Shown here one piece after another: positions 1 through 9,404 of a stretch of 26,834 nucleotides of DNA. This DNA comes from a virus (lineage: Duplodnaviria; Caudoviricetes): positions 1 to 26,834 of the IMG/VR virus record IMGVR_UViG_3300012663_000751. One strand, 5' to 3'. A program made the translations under genes and the position numbers. The notes under the pieces are model-generated. The model saw only the letters and a program-made list of their open reading frames with translations. It was not told where the DNA came from and searched no databases. Every line of letters starts with the position of its first letter. Position 1 is the stretch's first letter.

Positions 1-448
1 CAGATAAAATAATATGGGGAGCTAAAGTATCAATAAAATCTAAAACTTGAAAGAAAGCTTGTCTTAAATATAAATATCCCGCACCATTTGGTAGAGATAA
101 TACATTGTCACCATCATAGTTTTTACCCATGCTGGTATTCTTGTAAAGCTTTATGGCTAAAGGCATTACCATATCTTCTAATGCAGTTACAGTATCTATT
201 GTAACATACTTGTATGGGAATCCTCCTGCTTTAATAGCTTTACCTGCATCAAGCAATTCCTGAAGACTATTAATCTTTAACTTTATGGCTTCTACATAGT
301 CAGAACCATTCTCTAAGTCAAAGATTAGATTGTTATCTAGTCCGGCAAATGCAGTTGTTTTACCTGTCTTAGGCTTTGAATAGATTACTAATCTCTTAGG
401 ATTAACTCTTTCAGCCTTGACCTTTGTAGTTGGAAGTACTATACTCAT
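1..448 (-). CDS. AAA_24 / Sak4-like P-loop ATPase (phage recombinase-like), truncated at window edge
   Basis: Not in ORF track; manual translation MSIVLPTTKVKAERVNPKRLVIYSKPKTGKTTAFAGLDNNLIFDLENGS...YVTIDTVTALE. Walker A (SKPKTGKT), DLExG and IDT motifs typical of AAA_24. ATG overlaps TGA of upstream gene (ATGA). Confidence 0.8.
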   Translation of the reverse strand, partial: MSIVLPTTKVKAERVNPKRLVIYSKPKTGKTTAFAGLDNNLIFDLENGSDYVEAIKLKINSLQELLDAGKAIKAGGFPYKYVTIDTVTALEDMVMPLAIKLYKNTSMGKNYDGDNVLSLPNGAGYLYLRQAFFQVLDFIDTLAPHIILS

Positions 449-1026
449 TTTATCTTAGTTGCTAGTTTTTGAAACTCTGTTGCAATTCTTAGAAGAATGT
501 CAGAAGCTGATTCTTCTACATCTAAACTTACTTCCTTAAGCTTTGGAATAAATTCATTCTCAAAGTCTGGAAATACAGATAGACTTACTTGCTCTTTAGG
601 AGCTTCAGCTTTTCTCTTCTCATAAAGATTGTGTGTAATTTCAGAACCATCAGGCATAATAACCATTAACTCAGACAATGGAATTGTATAAGCAAAGTAA
701 TTATCACCATTAGAACTTGTACCTTCTTTTACATCATACTCTTCTGCAAAATAAGGATTGTGTTTGTACTTAAAGAGTGGTCTATCTTCAAAAGCATGTT
801 CAATGCCTGTTTCTTTACCAAGTGCATCTCTCTTGATGTCAATAAACTCAATATAGATATCTTCTCCTCTCTTTAGTTCACCCTCAAATAACTGGACTTG
901 TCTACCATACTTACCTTTCTGAAAGAAAGCAGTCTTGATAGCAAAGAAAGGATCAGTTACTTGAGCTTTACGGAATTTGTCCATGTGATGGGCAAAGAAT
1001 TCCTTTTCTTTTTCTTTTCTACTCAT
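445..1026 (-). CDS. Hypothetical protein in replication module
   Basis: 193-aa ORF packed between the DnaB-like and AAA genes; no recognisable motif. Confidence 0.7.
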   Translation of the reverse strand: MSRKEKEKEFFAHHMDKFRKAQVTDPFFAIKTAFFQKGKYGRQVQLFEGELKRGEDIYIEFIDIKRDALGKETGIEHAFEDRPLFKYKHNPYFAEEYDVKEGTSSNGDNYFAYTIPLSELMVIMPDGSEITHNLYEKRKAEAPKEQVSLSVFPDFENEFIPKLKEVSLDVEESASDILLRIATEFQKLATKIK

Positions 1027-1028
1027 AC

Positions 1029-2027
1029 TTAAATTTTAATTGTTTTACTTGCTTGGGCTGGAGTTGCTATTTCAATAATCCTCATGGAGTTTCTATCAAG
1101 CTTGAAGAAGCTAATCCTAGTGGTACCATTTCTAGATTTAAGGAAGTGAAACACAAGAGTGTCTTCATCACTAATTATAAATCTCTCTGGACCATACTGT
1201 CTAATCTTTCTGATAGAGGGTTTATTAATACCCAAAACTACATCAGCATGTTGCAATAAAGCATCTGCTCCAAATAAATCAGAATCTAATACATAATTTC
1301 CATAGTCACCATCTTTAGATCTGTCTGGGTTATCTATGTTCCTGTTCAACTGACTTAGAATAAGAAACGCCACAGGATAATGTTTCTTCATATATGTCAT
1401 GGCTTCACCAAGAGCATATAATACTTCAAACTTATCTTTCTGACCTTTACCTACTTTAAATAAAGCTGAGTGGTCAATAGTAACCAAGGCATTTGTGTAG
1501 TTACCTGCTTCATCCTTGTGAGCTTCCATATAATAATGTATAGTTGCACACATCTCATCTACAGTACACGGATCATATACCACATCAATGATGTCATTTC
1601 TAGAACTATCTTCATAGTACTGGACACATCTTAGATATAGATCTTTATCTACTGGTTCACCTTTACTCATTAATGTATTGTAATCAGCACCTGTATTCAG
1701 ACTCAGCTTTCTGATTCCATTGGTCTCATCAAGCATTTCAAACTGGAACTTAAGTACTCTAAACTTATGGTCTTGATTCTCCTGAATAATATCAGAGATC
1801 AACTGTTCCATAAATAAAGTCTTACCTGTTCCCGGTCTAGCACCTACAACGGTGATAGTTCTCCATTCCAATCCATCACAGAAGGCATCATTAAATTTGG
1901 GCCATGAACTTTTAAGTGATTTTAGCTCACCAGATCTTCTAGCCTTCATCTTAAGAAGGGCTTTTCTAAGAGCGTCTCTTTCACTCACAGGCTTCAGAGC
2001 CCGGGCACCATTAAATAAATCTGCCAT
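1029..2027 (-). CDS. dnaB: DnaB-like replicative helicase (C-terminal ATPase domain)
   Basis: GARPGTGKT Walker A, FEM, IDH Walker B, LSQLNR, ADVVL and KSRNG motifs. Confidence 0.9.
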   Translation of the reverse strand: MADLFNGARALKPVSERDALRKALLKMKARRSGELKSLKSSWPKFNDAFCDGLEWRTITVVGARPGTGKTLFMEQLISDIIQENQDHKFRVLKFQFEMLDETNGIRKLSLNTGADYNTLMSKGEPVDKDLYLRCVQYYEDSSRNDIIDVVYDPCTVDEMCATIHYYMEAHKDEAGNYTNALVTIDHSALFKVGKGQKDKFEVLYALGEAMTYMKKHYPVAFLILSQLNRNIDNPDRSKDGDYGNYVLDSDLFGADALLQHADVVLGINKPSIRKIRQYGPERFIISDEDTLVFHFLKSRNGTTRISFFKLDRNSMRIIEIATPAQASKTIKI

Positions 2028-2036
2028 ATACTTGGA

Positions 2037-2207
2037 TTAAGTTGTTAGTTTACGTTTTACATCATTATAGATGAAATGGGATAAACCCACTATAAATTCA
2101 ATTGCTATGAATTGTATGATGCTCATCTCTACAAGAAGCTTATCAATCAATATCCAAGAACAAAAACTTCCTGTTAAAGCAATGAAAAATAATTTGGTTT
2201 TAATCAT
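2037..2207 (-). CDS. Small membrane protein (56 aa)
   Basis: Manual translation MIKTKLFFIALTGSFCSWILIDKLLVEMSIIQFIAIEFIVGLSHFIYNDVKRKLTT; fills the gap with ATGA coupling; two hydrophobic segments. Confidence 0.65.
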   Translation of the reverse strand: MIKTKLFFIALTGSFCSWILIDKLLVEMSIIQFIAIEFIVGLSHFIYNDVKRKLTT

Positions 2208-2791
2208 ACTATATGTTCTTTAAAGTAATTTGGTTCTTCATAATCATCTGCTTCAATCATATCACAATAAGTTGCCAGTGTAGAATCCCAGGTTTTATCT
2301 GTATTCTGTTTTCTAACAAAGTATTGAGAGTTACGCATGTAGTTGTATCTATTCATAGAATACTCATCTACATACCTGTCAGTAGCTTTTAACACAGTTT
2401 CCCATGAATAGCTAAAGTTCTCAAAGAACCATCTGAAAGCATTCTCAAGACCCTTAACATTTACTCTTGCAGGCACACCGCTAGGTAACTTACCCTTTGG
2501 AAACAATTCATTGTAAAGTTTAATGTTGTCTAGGAAGTCATCTCCCATTAGATTCTTAGATGTTTTCTTCTTGGATTTCTTGAAGAAGCCATCAATTTCT
2601 TCTATAAATTTAAGGCTATTCCCTGACAATTCCAAGGATTCCGTCAGGTAATTACCTGATAATAATCTAGAAACCTCAATAGAAGTATTGACTGATTTAT
2701 CTGGGATAATGTTATTGTGTATACAATATAAAACATAAAATGAATTAGGTGTAAGCCCTATACTTATTAGTTTAGAAAATACTTCTTGCAT
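2204..2791 (-). CDS. Putative replication initiator/helicase-loader-type protein
   Basis: 195 aa, possible N-terminal winged helix; lies just upstream of DnaB. Function inferred from context only. Confidence 0.45.
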   Translation of the reverse strand: MQEVFSKLISIGLTPNSFYVLYCIHNNIIPDKSVNTSIEVSRLLSGNYLTESLELSGNSLKFIEEIDGFFKKSKKKTSKNLMGDDFLDNIKLYNELFPKGKLPSGVPARVNVKGLENAFRWFFENFSYSWETVLKATDRYVDEYSMNRYNYMRNSQYFVRKQNTDKTWDSTLATYCDMIEADDYEEPNYFKEHIV

Positions 2792-3501
2792 TACCAGATA
2801 ATTTTATAGTTGTATAAATGATGTACAGTATCCCGAACTTCACCAAAGACACCTTTAGAATCCCATTTGCTACCATTATATGCAGCACTTGCCGGATGTG
2901 AGACCATAAATTTAGTACAATTTTCTCCACACATGTCTGCCCACTCCTGAGATTTTTTACCCATATAGACATAAACTAGTCCAGGATGAAAATTCTTGAG
3001 ATAATCAAATACATAAGCTACAAATGGAGCCCAGATTTCATAATGCTGACCAATCTTACCTACTTCAGTTGTAAGAGCTGTATTAAGCATAAGTATACCC
3101 TGTCGGGACCATTTTGATAGATCTAAAGGTCTTTCATACCCGTCCGGGTATAATTTCTCAACCTCATCATGGATGAATCTTAGAGAAGGTTGTTCTCTTT
3201 CAGATTTACTACAACTAAATGCAATGCCATCTGCTACACCTATTGTAGGATAAGGGTCTTGTCCTACCATAACTACTTTAAGTTCATTATATGGGCACTC
3301 CTCAAATGCTCTGAACACATCTTTCAATACAGGAGTAAACCTTTTACCATCATTTGATAGGTTATATAAATCAGTAAGAATCTTTTCAAATTCTAGACTA
3401 AATATAAAAGGTTTAAGAACTCTTCCCCATCCACTAGGTTCAAGTTTATTAAATATTTTTTGTTTATAATCATCAATGTCTATTATATTAGCCATAATCA
3501 T
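2791..3501 (-). CDS. ung: Uracil-DNA glycosylase, family 1
   Basis: VMVGQDPY catalytic motif, ADGIAFS, QGILMLNTALT and SHPAS motifs. Confidence 0.93.
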   Translation of the reverse strand: MIMANIIDIDDYKQKIFNKLEPSGWGRVLKPFIFSLEFEKILTDLYNLSNDGKRFTPVLKDVFRAFEECPYNELKVVMVGQDPYPTIGVADGIAFSCSKSEREQPSLRFIHDEVEKLYPDGYERPLDLSKWSRQGILMLNTALTTEVGKIGQHYEIWAPFVAYVFDYLKNFHPGLVYVYMGKKSQEWADMCGENCTKFMVSHPASAAYNGSKWDSKGVFGEVRDTVHHLYNYKIIW

Positions 3502-3502
3502 G

Positions 3503-3510
3503 TATATTTG
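3503..3510 (+). promoter_or_regulatory. Bacteroidota-type -7 promoter box (TAnnTTTG)
   Basis: TATATTTG 18 nt upstream of ATG 3529 of a divergent gene. Confidence 0.5.
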
Positions 3511-3528
3511 TTAAAAAAGTATAATATA

Positions 3529-3837
3529 ATGGTCAAAGTAAAAGAAATAAAAGATGGTGCAACTCTAAACATTACAGTAAATAAGAATTTTTACATAATG
3601 TGTAAATCTCTTTCATTTTATCTATTCCAACAAATTGGTGAAAAACAAAATGAAGATTATCTTAAAGACATTATGAGTAAGTCTTATTCAGACTTAGATG
3701 ACTTGCAAAAATCATTTTATACTATTGCTCTTTTATTAGCTGAAATTGAAGCACAAGCTAAAGATTCTGACCAATATGAAGAAAAAGAAATTCTTCAACC
3801 AAATGATGAAGGTTTCATTGAACCTACCCAAGATTAA
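3529..3837 (+). CDS. Hypothetical protein (102 aa)
   Basis: Start moved to ATG 3529 (MVKVKEIK) to avoid overlap with ung; acidic C-terminus. Confidence 0.7.
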   Translation: MVKVKEIKDGATLNITVNKNFYIMCKSLSFYLFQQIGEKQNEDYLKDIMSKSYSDLDDLQKSFYTIALLLAEIEAQAKDSDQYEEKEILQPNDEGFIEPTQD

Positions 3838-4198
3838 GATTAAAATCTCTTCCAATCTCTACACAAGACTCTATAGCTAGAGCCAATTCTGATTTACTAC
3901 AGTCAGCAAAAGATTTACAAATCTCTGCATCTCCTGCATCATAACAAAGACCTGCATGGGTCTTAATAATCCGTTTCATTTCATCAAAAGTATAGCCAGA
4001 TTCCTGTGCTAATGTACGTATGCATGCATGTACTTTAGCCACCTGTGCTAGTGAGGCATTGTCAGAAGTTAAGCCCATAAAGACCTCAACCTGCTGTCCA
4101 TCAGCAAGTTTATCAATGAAAATCTGAAAATTTAATTTTGATTTATCATCAGGATAAACTAACTTACCCCCACGTTTCACTAATTTAGTAGTAAACAT
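3824..4198 (-). CDS. NinB/Orf-like recombination accessory protein (tentative)
   Basis: SLAQVAKVHACIRTLAQESGYTFDEMK...KSFADCSKSEL resembles the NinB/YbcN pattern. Confidence 0.5.
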   Translation of the reverse strand: MFTTKLVKRGGKLVYPDDKSKLNFQIFIDKLADGQQVEVFMGLTSDNASLAQVAKVHACIRTLAQESGYTFDEMKRIIKTHAGLCYDAGDAEICKSFADCSKSELALAIESCVEIGRDFNLNLG

Positions 4199-4208
4199 AA
4201 GCTGATTT

Positions 4209-4220
4209 TTTGTATATTAT
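4209..4220 (+). promoter_or_regulatory. TTTGTATATTAT putative promoter
   Basis: Lies in a 30-nt divergent gap; the identical 12-mer precedes the plus-strand gene at 25576. Confidence 0.45.
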
Positions 4221-4228
4221 TAATAGAT

Positions 4229-5257
4229 ATGGCACCAAAGAAAGGAAACCTAAATGGGAGAAGTGAAGATACTAATATTATATTAGATTATCTTGCTAAA
4301 TTCCCAAATTCTCCATCTAAAACTCTTGCAAGAAAAATCTATGCTGACAATCCAGCATTTGCAAATCTTGAATCAGTTTATAGTAGAGTAAGATACTACA
4401 GAGGACAACTTGGTAGTACAAATAGAAAAAAACTATTTACTAACCACCTTCAAAAAGAACTTAAAGTTGAATTTACTATGAAAGAAAAATTCCTACCGGA
4501 GTCTTATGCAACCAAGCGTGATACTTTTATATTCCCATCAGGTTGCAACTCAGTAGGAGTTATAGGTGACCTTCATATACCATACCAAGATAATGATGCT
4601 ATAGAAGCAGCATTTGATAAAATGGAAGAACAAAACATAGAGTCTCTACTTATCAACGGTGATATGTTAGATTTCTATCAGATGTCCTTCCATGAGAAAG
4701 ACCCAAGAATGGTTCACTTTAAAGAGGAACTTGAGTCAGGTAGACAATTCTTAGATTACTGCAGATCAAGATTCCCAGGTATTCCTATTTACTTAATACC
4801 AGGTAACCATGAGAATAGATTTGAAAGATACCTTAGAGTTAAGGCATCAGAACTATTAGACATGGATGAATTCAGACTAGATGTACTTCTACGTGTAGCT
4901 GAATATGGTGTACAGTATATTCCATTTAGATCCAAAGTTGTATTTGGAGACTTCCTTATAGAGCATGGTGACAAAATTCCCGGTGCAGGTGGTGTAGTAC
5001 CAGCCCGCACTGCTCTAATGAGATTAAAGACCAATTGTCTTATAAATCACTTTCACAAAACAAGCTCTAGCTCACAGAGAGTGTATGGTCCTGATGAGTC
5101 TACAACTATCCGTGGATATAGCCTTGGTTGCTTATGTGAACTTACTCCAGAATACTTAGAAATAAATGAATGGAACCATGGATTTGCTATTCTAAAAAGA
5201 AATGGTAACTTAGTGCAAGTTAGCAATTACAAAATAGAAGGTAACCAAATAGTCTAA
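4229..5257 (+). CDS. Calcineurin-like metallophosphoesterase with N-terminal extension
   Basis: GDLHIP, NGDMLD, GNHE, EHGD and NHFH motifs. Confidence 0.88.
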   Translation: MAPKKGNLNGRSEDTNIILDYLAKFPNSPSKTLARKIYADNPAFANLESVYSRVRYYRGQLGSTNRKKLFTNHLQKELKVEFTMKEKFLPESYATKRDTFIFPSGCNSVGVIGDLHIPYQDNDAIEAAFDKMEEQNIESLLINGDMLDFYQMSFHEKDPRMVHFKEELESGRQFLDYCRSRFPGIPIYLIPGNHENRFERYLRVKASELLDMDEFRLDVLLRVAEYGVQYIPFRSKVVFGDFLIEHGDKIPGAGGVVPARTALMRLKTNCLINHFHKTSSSSQRVYGPDESTTIRGYSLGCLCELTPEYLEINEWNHGFAILKRNGNLVQVSNYKIEGNQIV

Positions 5258-5568
5258 TGTTCCTACCAATAGAATTTACAGATGAGCACGGTCCATATAT
5301 TGAGCATCTAAATGTTACTCATATAACCAGAATATCTTTTGTTAATCCCAGAAACCCTGATGCTGGCAGTAAGATACATCTCCGTACAGGAGAAATACTA
5401 AAAACTACCATGGCATTTGACCTTCTATCCCAAGCTATTGATGAAGCTTGGGAATCTGCATCTACTCTTATTCTATCTACAGTACTTTCTGAGAAGGCCA
5501 AACTCATGAAGAAGTCTGACCTACAGAATGAAGGAATAGAAGAGCTTGATCCTCTGACTGAGGCATAA
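5257..5568 (+). CDS. Hypothetical protein (possible FlbD-like small beta domain)
   Basis: TAATG-coupled to the upstream gene; HLNVTHITRI...SKIHLRTGE pattern. Confidence 0.6.
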   Translation: MFLPIEFTDEHGPYIEHLNVTHITRISFVNPRNPDAGSKIHLRTGEILKTTMAFDLLSQAIDEAWESASTLILSTVLSEKAKLMKKSDLQNEGIEELDPLTEA

Positions 5569-5736
5569 CTAAGCTTGCTTCTCTGTTAGTGTTTTAGCAA
5601 TTAGTTTAGCTAGATAAGGACTGCACTTGTACTTATGCATTACATACCCTGCTATTATCTTAGGACTCATTATCTGAATGTCCTTGTTCTCTAGTCTTAT
5701 TTCTTTGACTATATGTTCTTTAACTAGATTAGCCAT
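5569..5736 (-). CDS. Hypothetical protein (55 aa)
   Basis: Start moved to ATG 5736 (MANLVKEH), which overlaps the stop of the upstream gene. Confidence 0.55.
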   Translation of the reverse strand: MANLVKEHIVKEIRLENKDIQIMSPKIIAGYVMHKYKCSPYLAKLIAKTLTEKQA

Positions 5737-6148
5737 TAGCTGGAGACATTGTTTGCATAAATACTTCATGGTTAAGTATCTCATGTGGATAGTCTTTGGC
5801 AATTTTCCAATAGACTTGGTTTACTTTACTATACTCACCATTTTCTTTGATTCTAAGATCTCTAAAGCTCTTAATTGATAGAGTAACCATATGAAGGTTC
5901 TCTTGATCTGAAGATTCTAACATTGCAATCATGTTCTTTATCTCAGTATCATTAATGTAGCCCATTCTCTTTAGCAGTTGTAACTCTGCCATATATACAA
6001 AAGGACGGAATGTCCCAACTTTACTACCCTTATGGTACATATACCACAGATAGTTTAAGTTTCTATCTACACTCTCTGTCAATTCATAATGTTCTTTTGC
6101 AATCTCTGCTGATAATTCCAGCATTTCATCCATTATTTTCTTTTCCAT
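5729..6148 (-). CDS. Hypothetical protein (start uncertain: 6148 or 6196)
   Basis: The track start (6427) overlaps the radical SAM gene by 164 nt, so a downstream ATG is preferred. Confidence 0.6.
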   Translation of the reverse strand: MEKKIMDEMLELSAEIAKEHYELTESVDRNLNYLWYMYHKGSKVGTFRPFVYMAELQLLKRMGYINDTEIKNMIAMLESSDQENLHMVTLSIKSFRDLRIKENGEYSKVNQVYWKIAKDYPHEILNHEVFMQTMSPANG

Positions 6149-6263
6149 TATATTATCTAATATTAAATCATCAAGCTTTCTATCGGCTTTACTCATTCCA
6201 TAAATATCTTCATTTATTAAGGCATTAACAATTCTTGGATCATCAATAGATCTAACAGAAATT

Positions 6264-7133
6264 TTAGAAAATGTAACGGATAGTGTTCCATGGAAGGATC
6301 CTATCATGAAGTTCCTGAAATTGTCTAATATAGTCTGCCTTCCTTCTGTGTTCATATCTAACATTGGTACCACCATACTGAGAAACTTTTGATTCTTGAA
6401 TTTTTGGAGTCCATAAGAACTCTTCACCTGGTAATTTATTTGCTACATTATACCAATGCTTTTCTTCATTATGAGTTAAAAAGATTACCTCAGCTTTAAC
6501 TCTTGTAAGATCCCAACCATGACTTTTTGCCATAAAAGCAACACTTTTAAATAAAGTTTCATAATGCTGTAACCAGTTGTCATGTACAATAACAGGACTA
6601 AAGTTTAAGTGAACATCATATCCGGCATTTAAAAACTGGGTTATTGCTAAAAGTCTTTCATAAATAGTACTTGTATGAGGTTCAAGGAGTTTATGTAGCT
6701 CAAAGGGCATTAGACTAAATCTAATCCTAACTTTACCTTCAGGATTAAATGCAAGTAAGTCTCTGTTTACATGCTTAGTAGCAAATGAACCCATAGCAAG
6801 TGGATGATCTCTAAAGAACTTAAAGATAGTTTCCCAGTCATGATACTTAGCATGTAGAGCAAAGTCCTCATTGCAACTGATATCATATGTAATATAATCT
6901 CCAGTCTGATTTGGCTTCTCTACATCTGCAAAGAATGCATGGGAATTAATTTCTGTCAGGATATCCATAGTATTTGTAGCTATGGTTAATCCTTCCGGCT
7001 TATGTCTCTTCATATAACAGTAAGTACAGTTATACAAACAACCATGACCAAAGGACGGACTGATATAATCAGTTGACCGTCCTGAAGGCCTAATAATCAT
7101 ACTCTTTCTAGTGACTTTCTCTACAACTGACAT
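6264..7133 (-). CDS. Spore photoproduct lyase (SplB)-like radical SAM protein
   Basis: GCLYNCTYCY CxxxCxxC motif, DISCNED, FATK, RIRFSL and NFSPVI as in the SPL family. Confidence 0.85.
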   Translation of the reverse strand: MSVVEKVTRKSMIIRPSGRSTDYISPSFGHGCLYNCTYCYMKRHKPEGLTIATNTMDILTEINSHAFFADVEKPNQTGDYITYDISCNEDFALHAKYHDWETIFKFFRDHPLAMGSFATKHVNRDLLAFNPEGKVRIRFSLMPFELHKLLEPHTSTIYERLLAITQFLNAGYDVHLNFSPVIVHDNWLQHYETLFKSVAFMAKSHGWDLTRVKAEVIFLTHNEEKHWYNVANKLPGEEFLWTPKIQESKVSQYGGTNVRYEHRRKADYIRQFQELHDRILPWNTIRYIF

Positions 7134-7176
7134 AATTTCTTAATCCGCTGCACTTTCCTAACACATGTAGAAATTA

Positions 7177-7359
7177 TCACTTTAGAAAGTTAATGTAAGC
7201 TTGCGCACCTTTTCTTGTACTGTATATTACATCAAATCCTGCATTGTTCTTAATATTCTTCCAAAAGAACCATAAAAACTTCTTCTGTACAAGGTAGTAG
7301 ATTTGATAACCTTCTATTCTTTCTACTATTCTGTAATCTTTCTTGTTTACACTCATCAT
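7177..7359 (-). CDS. Small hypothetical phage protein
   Basis: 60 aa, YRIVER...YLVQKKFLWFFW; coupled to neighbour. Confidence 0.65.
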   Translation of the reverse strand: MMSVNKKDYRIVERIEGYQIYYLVQKKFLWFFWKNIKNNAGFDVIYSTRKGAQAYINFLK

Positions 7360-7592
7360 TCTAAATCTAAATTATAATCGTTTAATATTTCTCTAATTCT
7401 TGTTCTAAGATCATCAGCTGCTTCAATTTCTTCTGAAGTAGCTTCACGGTTATTAACCTGACCGTGTTTTATTATACTTCTGAGATCTTGGTCAAGACGC
7501 CACATAGCCATCTTCCAATTAGGAGCATCTAATGCTGTTCTAGCTTCTTCAGAATCTTCAATGGAATCAAACTCAAATATTATCTTTCCCAT
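7356..7592 (-). CDS. Small hypothetical phage protein
   Basis: 78 aa, IIFEFD...WRLDQDLRS, a common phage-type pattern. Confidence 0.7.
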   Translation of the reverse strand: MGKIIFEFDSIEDSEEARTALDAPNWKMAMWRLDQDLRSIIKHGQVNNREATSEEIEAADDLRTRIREILNDYNLDLE

Positions 7593-7791
7593 TTGTTATA
7601 TCTTTCAATTGGTTCCATATAGATTCAGAGTTCTCTCCCCAGTACATATCACAAGTAAACTTATTATCTTCTGTTTTACCAGGAGCTTCAAAGAAATAAC
7701 TTTGCATGAACTCACTCTTGGGAGCTGTAAATCTATAACATTTTTCTTTAACAGGGCAATTAGTCCCTGGACAACATGTAATATCAGCCAT
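7573..7791 (-). CDS. Small Cys-rich phage protein
   Basis: MADITCCPGTNCPVKEKCYRFTA...QSYF...CDMYW. Confidence 0.75.
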   Translation of the reverse strand: MADITCCPGTNCPVKEKCYRFTAPKSEFMQSYFFEAPGKTEDNKFTCDMYWGENSESIWNQLKDITNGKDNI

Positions 7792-7880
7792 TATAAGAAG
7801 TAATTAAATAATATATGACCGAAGCCAATACCTGCTAAAAAGTAAACAAGATTGTTTACCCATTTTGGATAATTATCCAT
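7791..7880 (-). CDS. 29-aa single-TM peptide
   Basis: Manual: MDNYPKWVNNLVYFLAGIGFGHILFNYFL; TAATG coupling to next gene. Confidence 0.55.
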   Translation of the reverse strand: MDNYPKWVNNLVYFLAGIGFGHILFNYFL

Positions 7881-7881
7881 G

Positions 7882-8001
7882 TTAGAATAAATTAAAAATT
7901 GTCTGAATAGTAACACCAATAAGAACCAATGATACAATACCTACTAACACCATAGTAATATATGCTGCTATTTCTTCTCTATGTTCTCTTTGATTTTTCA
8001 T
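7882..8001 (-). CDS. 39-aa single-TM peptide
   Basis: Manual: MKNQREHREEIAAYITMVLVGIVSLVLIGVTIQTIFNLF; fills the gap exactly. Confidence 0.55.
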   Translation of the reverse strand: MKNQREHREEIAAYITMVLVGIVSLVLIGVTIQTIFNLF

Positions 8002-8002
8002 A

Positions 8003-8599
8003 TTAAATCTTTTTAAGTATTAAACATCCATCTTTATCAAGTTTTGGTACTGATTTATAAGTTGTAATTTTATCTCCACTACCTTTAACTCTTTTTACTG
8101 CACCAACCACTTTTGTTTTGTCAACAACTTTTTCCATCTCAATCTTAACTTCAATTTCTGTTGGTTGTTGTAGGGATTTTATTAACCTATTCATAGATTG
8201 ACCAAAAGTTTCATTAAGTACAACTTCATCAGGAGAAGTAAAATTAGAGCCAGCTATAAAAGCTCTCTTCATATCCTCCAAAGTAAACTGCTTGTCTTTA
8301 TTCAACTCCATTGCTTTGTTGCAGCCATTCCTAAACCCAAGTCTGTATGGAGCAACTTGTGAGCTTTCAATTACAAAGTTCTCTTTAAATTTAGCATCTT
8401 CTTCAGCCAACTTCTCAACATCAACTACTCCAAATATCTCATCGCAGTTTTGTTTGGATATTTTGTATTTAGTACTAGCTCCTGACTTATCTAGTATTAA
8501 TTGTTGTGAAGGAGAACAAGTAGCTTCAAGCAGTCTTCCTTGTGGTTGCTCTATTCCTAGATTATAACCATCTTCTCTTTTAATCAGTATTGCTTTCAT
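8003..8599 (-). CDS. Hypothetical phage protein
   Basis: 198-aa ORF, ATGA-coupled to thyX. Confidence 0.75.
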   Translation of the reverse strand: MKAILIKREDGYNLGIEQPQGRLLEATCSPSQQLILDKSGASTKYKISKQNCDEIFGVVDVEKLAEEDAKFKENFVIESSQVAPYRLGFRNGCNKAMELNKDKQFTLEDMKRAFIAGSNFTSPDEVVLNETFGQSMNRLIKSLQQPTEIEVKIEMEKVVDKTKVVGAVKRVKGSGDKITTYKSVPKLDKDGCLILKKI

Positions 8600-9243
8600 A
8601 GTTTAAATGCTTTAATAGTATCTACAAAAGGATCACCTTCTATGTTCTTAACTAAGTCTAACATTTGCTGAGCCAATTCTCTCACCTCAACTTGAGCATG
8701 CTCAGAGTTTCTAAGTTCTTGAAAATGTGCAAAAGACCTCCAATTAAACATAAGATCCATAGTAATCTGTGAGTTAAAGGTCTTGAAGAATCTTGCAGAT
8801 TCCTTAGCTCTCTTGCGACCAAGTACAGGAGTTAATTCTTCTAAACACTGATGATAAAGCTCATTGCTTCTCATAGTGTGTTGATGCAATAACTCTTGCC
8901 AGTCTTGTCCTACTAATCCTCCATCACCAGCATTGGCCCAGTCAACAGGAATGTAACTTTTATCTTTCTTTAGCTCTTTATATCTAGCTGACTCACCATT
9001 AATAGAAACTCCAATCCTATGCTTTAAAAGATGGATGTGAGTAGCCTGGTCCACAGTTACTAAAAAGTGCAGTGAAGACTTCTCAAATGGAGTATGATGA
9101 CCTTCTGAGGCCAACATTTCTAAGAGCTTAGGTATGCGCTCAAATTTATCTGGTGATAAATCTCTGGAGGTACTAGTCCATGCTGACAATGCATGTACAA
9201 TATCAGACCCATAGTATCCTAATAATTCTACTGTATTTTTCAT
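8596..9243 (-). CDS. thyX: FAD-dependent thymidylate synthase ThyX
   Basis: GHHTPFE, HLLKHRIGVSINGESARY (RHR-like motif plus SARY), NWRS and HAQVEVR. Confidence 0.92.
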   Translation of the reverse strand: MKNTVELLGYYGSDIVHALSAWTSTSRDLSPDKFERIPKLLEMLASEGHHTPFEKSSLHFLVTVDQATHIHLLKHRIGVSINGESARYKELKKDKSYIPVDWANAGDGGLVGQDWQELLHQHTMRSNELYHQCLEELTPVLGRKRAKESARFFKTFNSQITMDLMFNWRSFAHFQELRNSEHAQVEVRELAQQMLDLVKNIEGDPFVDTIKAFKL

Positions 9244-9404
9244 GCTTCTTCTGTATAATTTTCTACTATTTCATAGTGAGACATGCGCCCACAATTAACA
9301 CACTCTAGCTTATTAGATGATACATGATGTACTGACAATGATTCATGCCCACATAAGTCACACTTAATAAGAGCACTTATCCATCCTGTTTCTAGTTCAC
9401 TCAT
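9240..9404 (-). CDS. Zinc-ribbon protein (54 aa)
   Basis: Manual: MSELETGWISALIKCDLCGHESLSVHHVSSNKLECVNCGRMSHYEIVENYTEEA; two CxxC; ATGA coupling at both ends. Confidence 0.7.
   Translation of the reverse strand: MSELETGWISALIKCDLCGHESLSVHHVSSNKLECVNCGRMSHYEIVENYTEEA

Noticed and set aside
6149-6427. N-terminal extension of ORF 5729-6427
   Set aside because: It overlaps the SplB-like gene by 164 nt; a downstream ATG is more plausible, although 6149-6263 stays open in frame.
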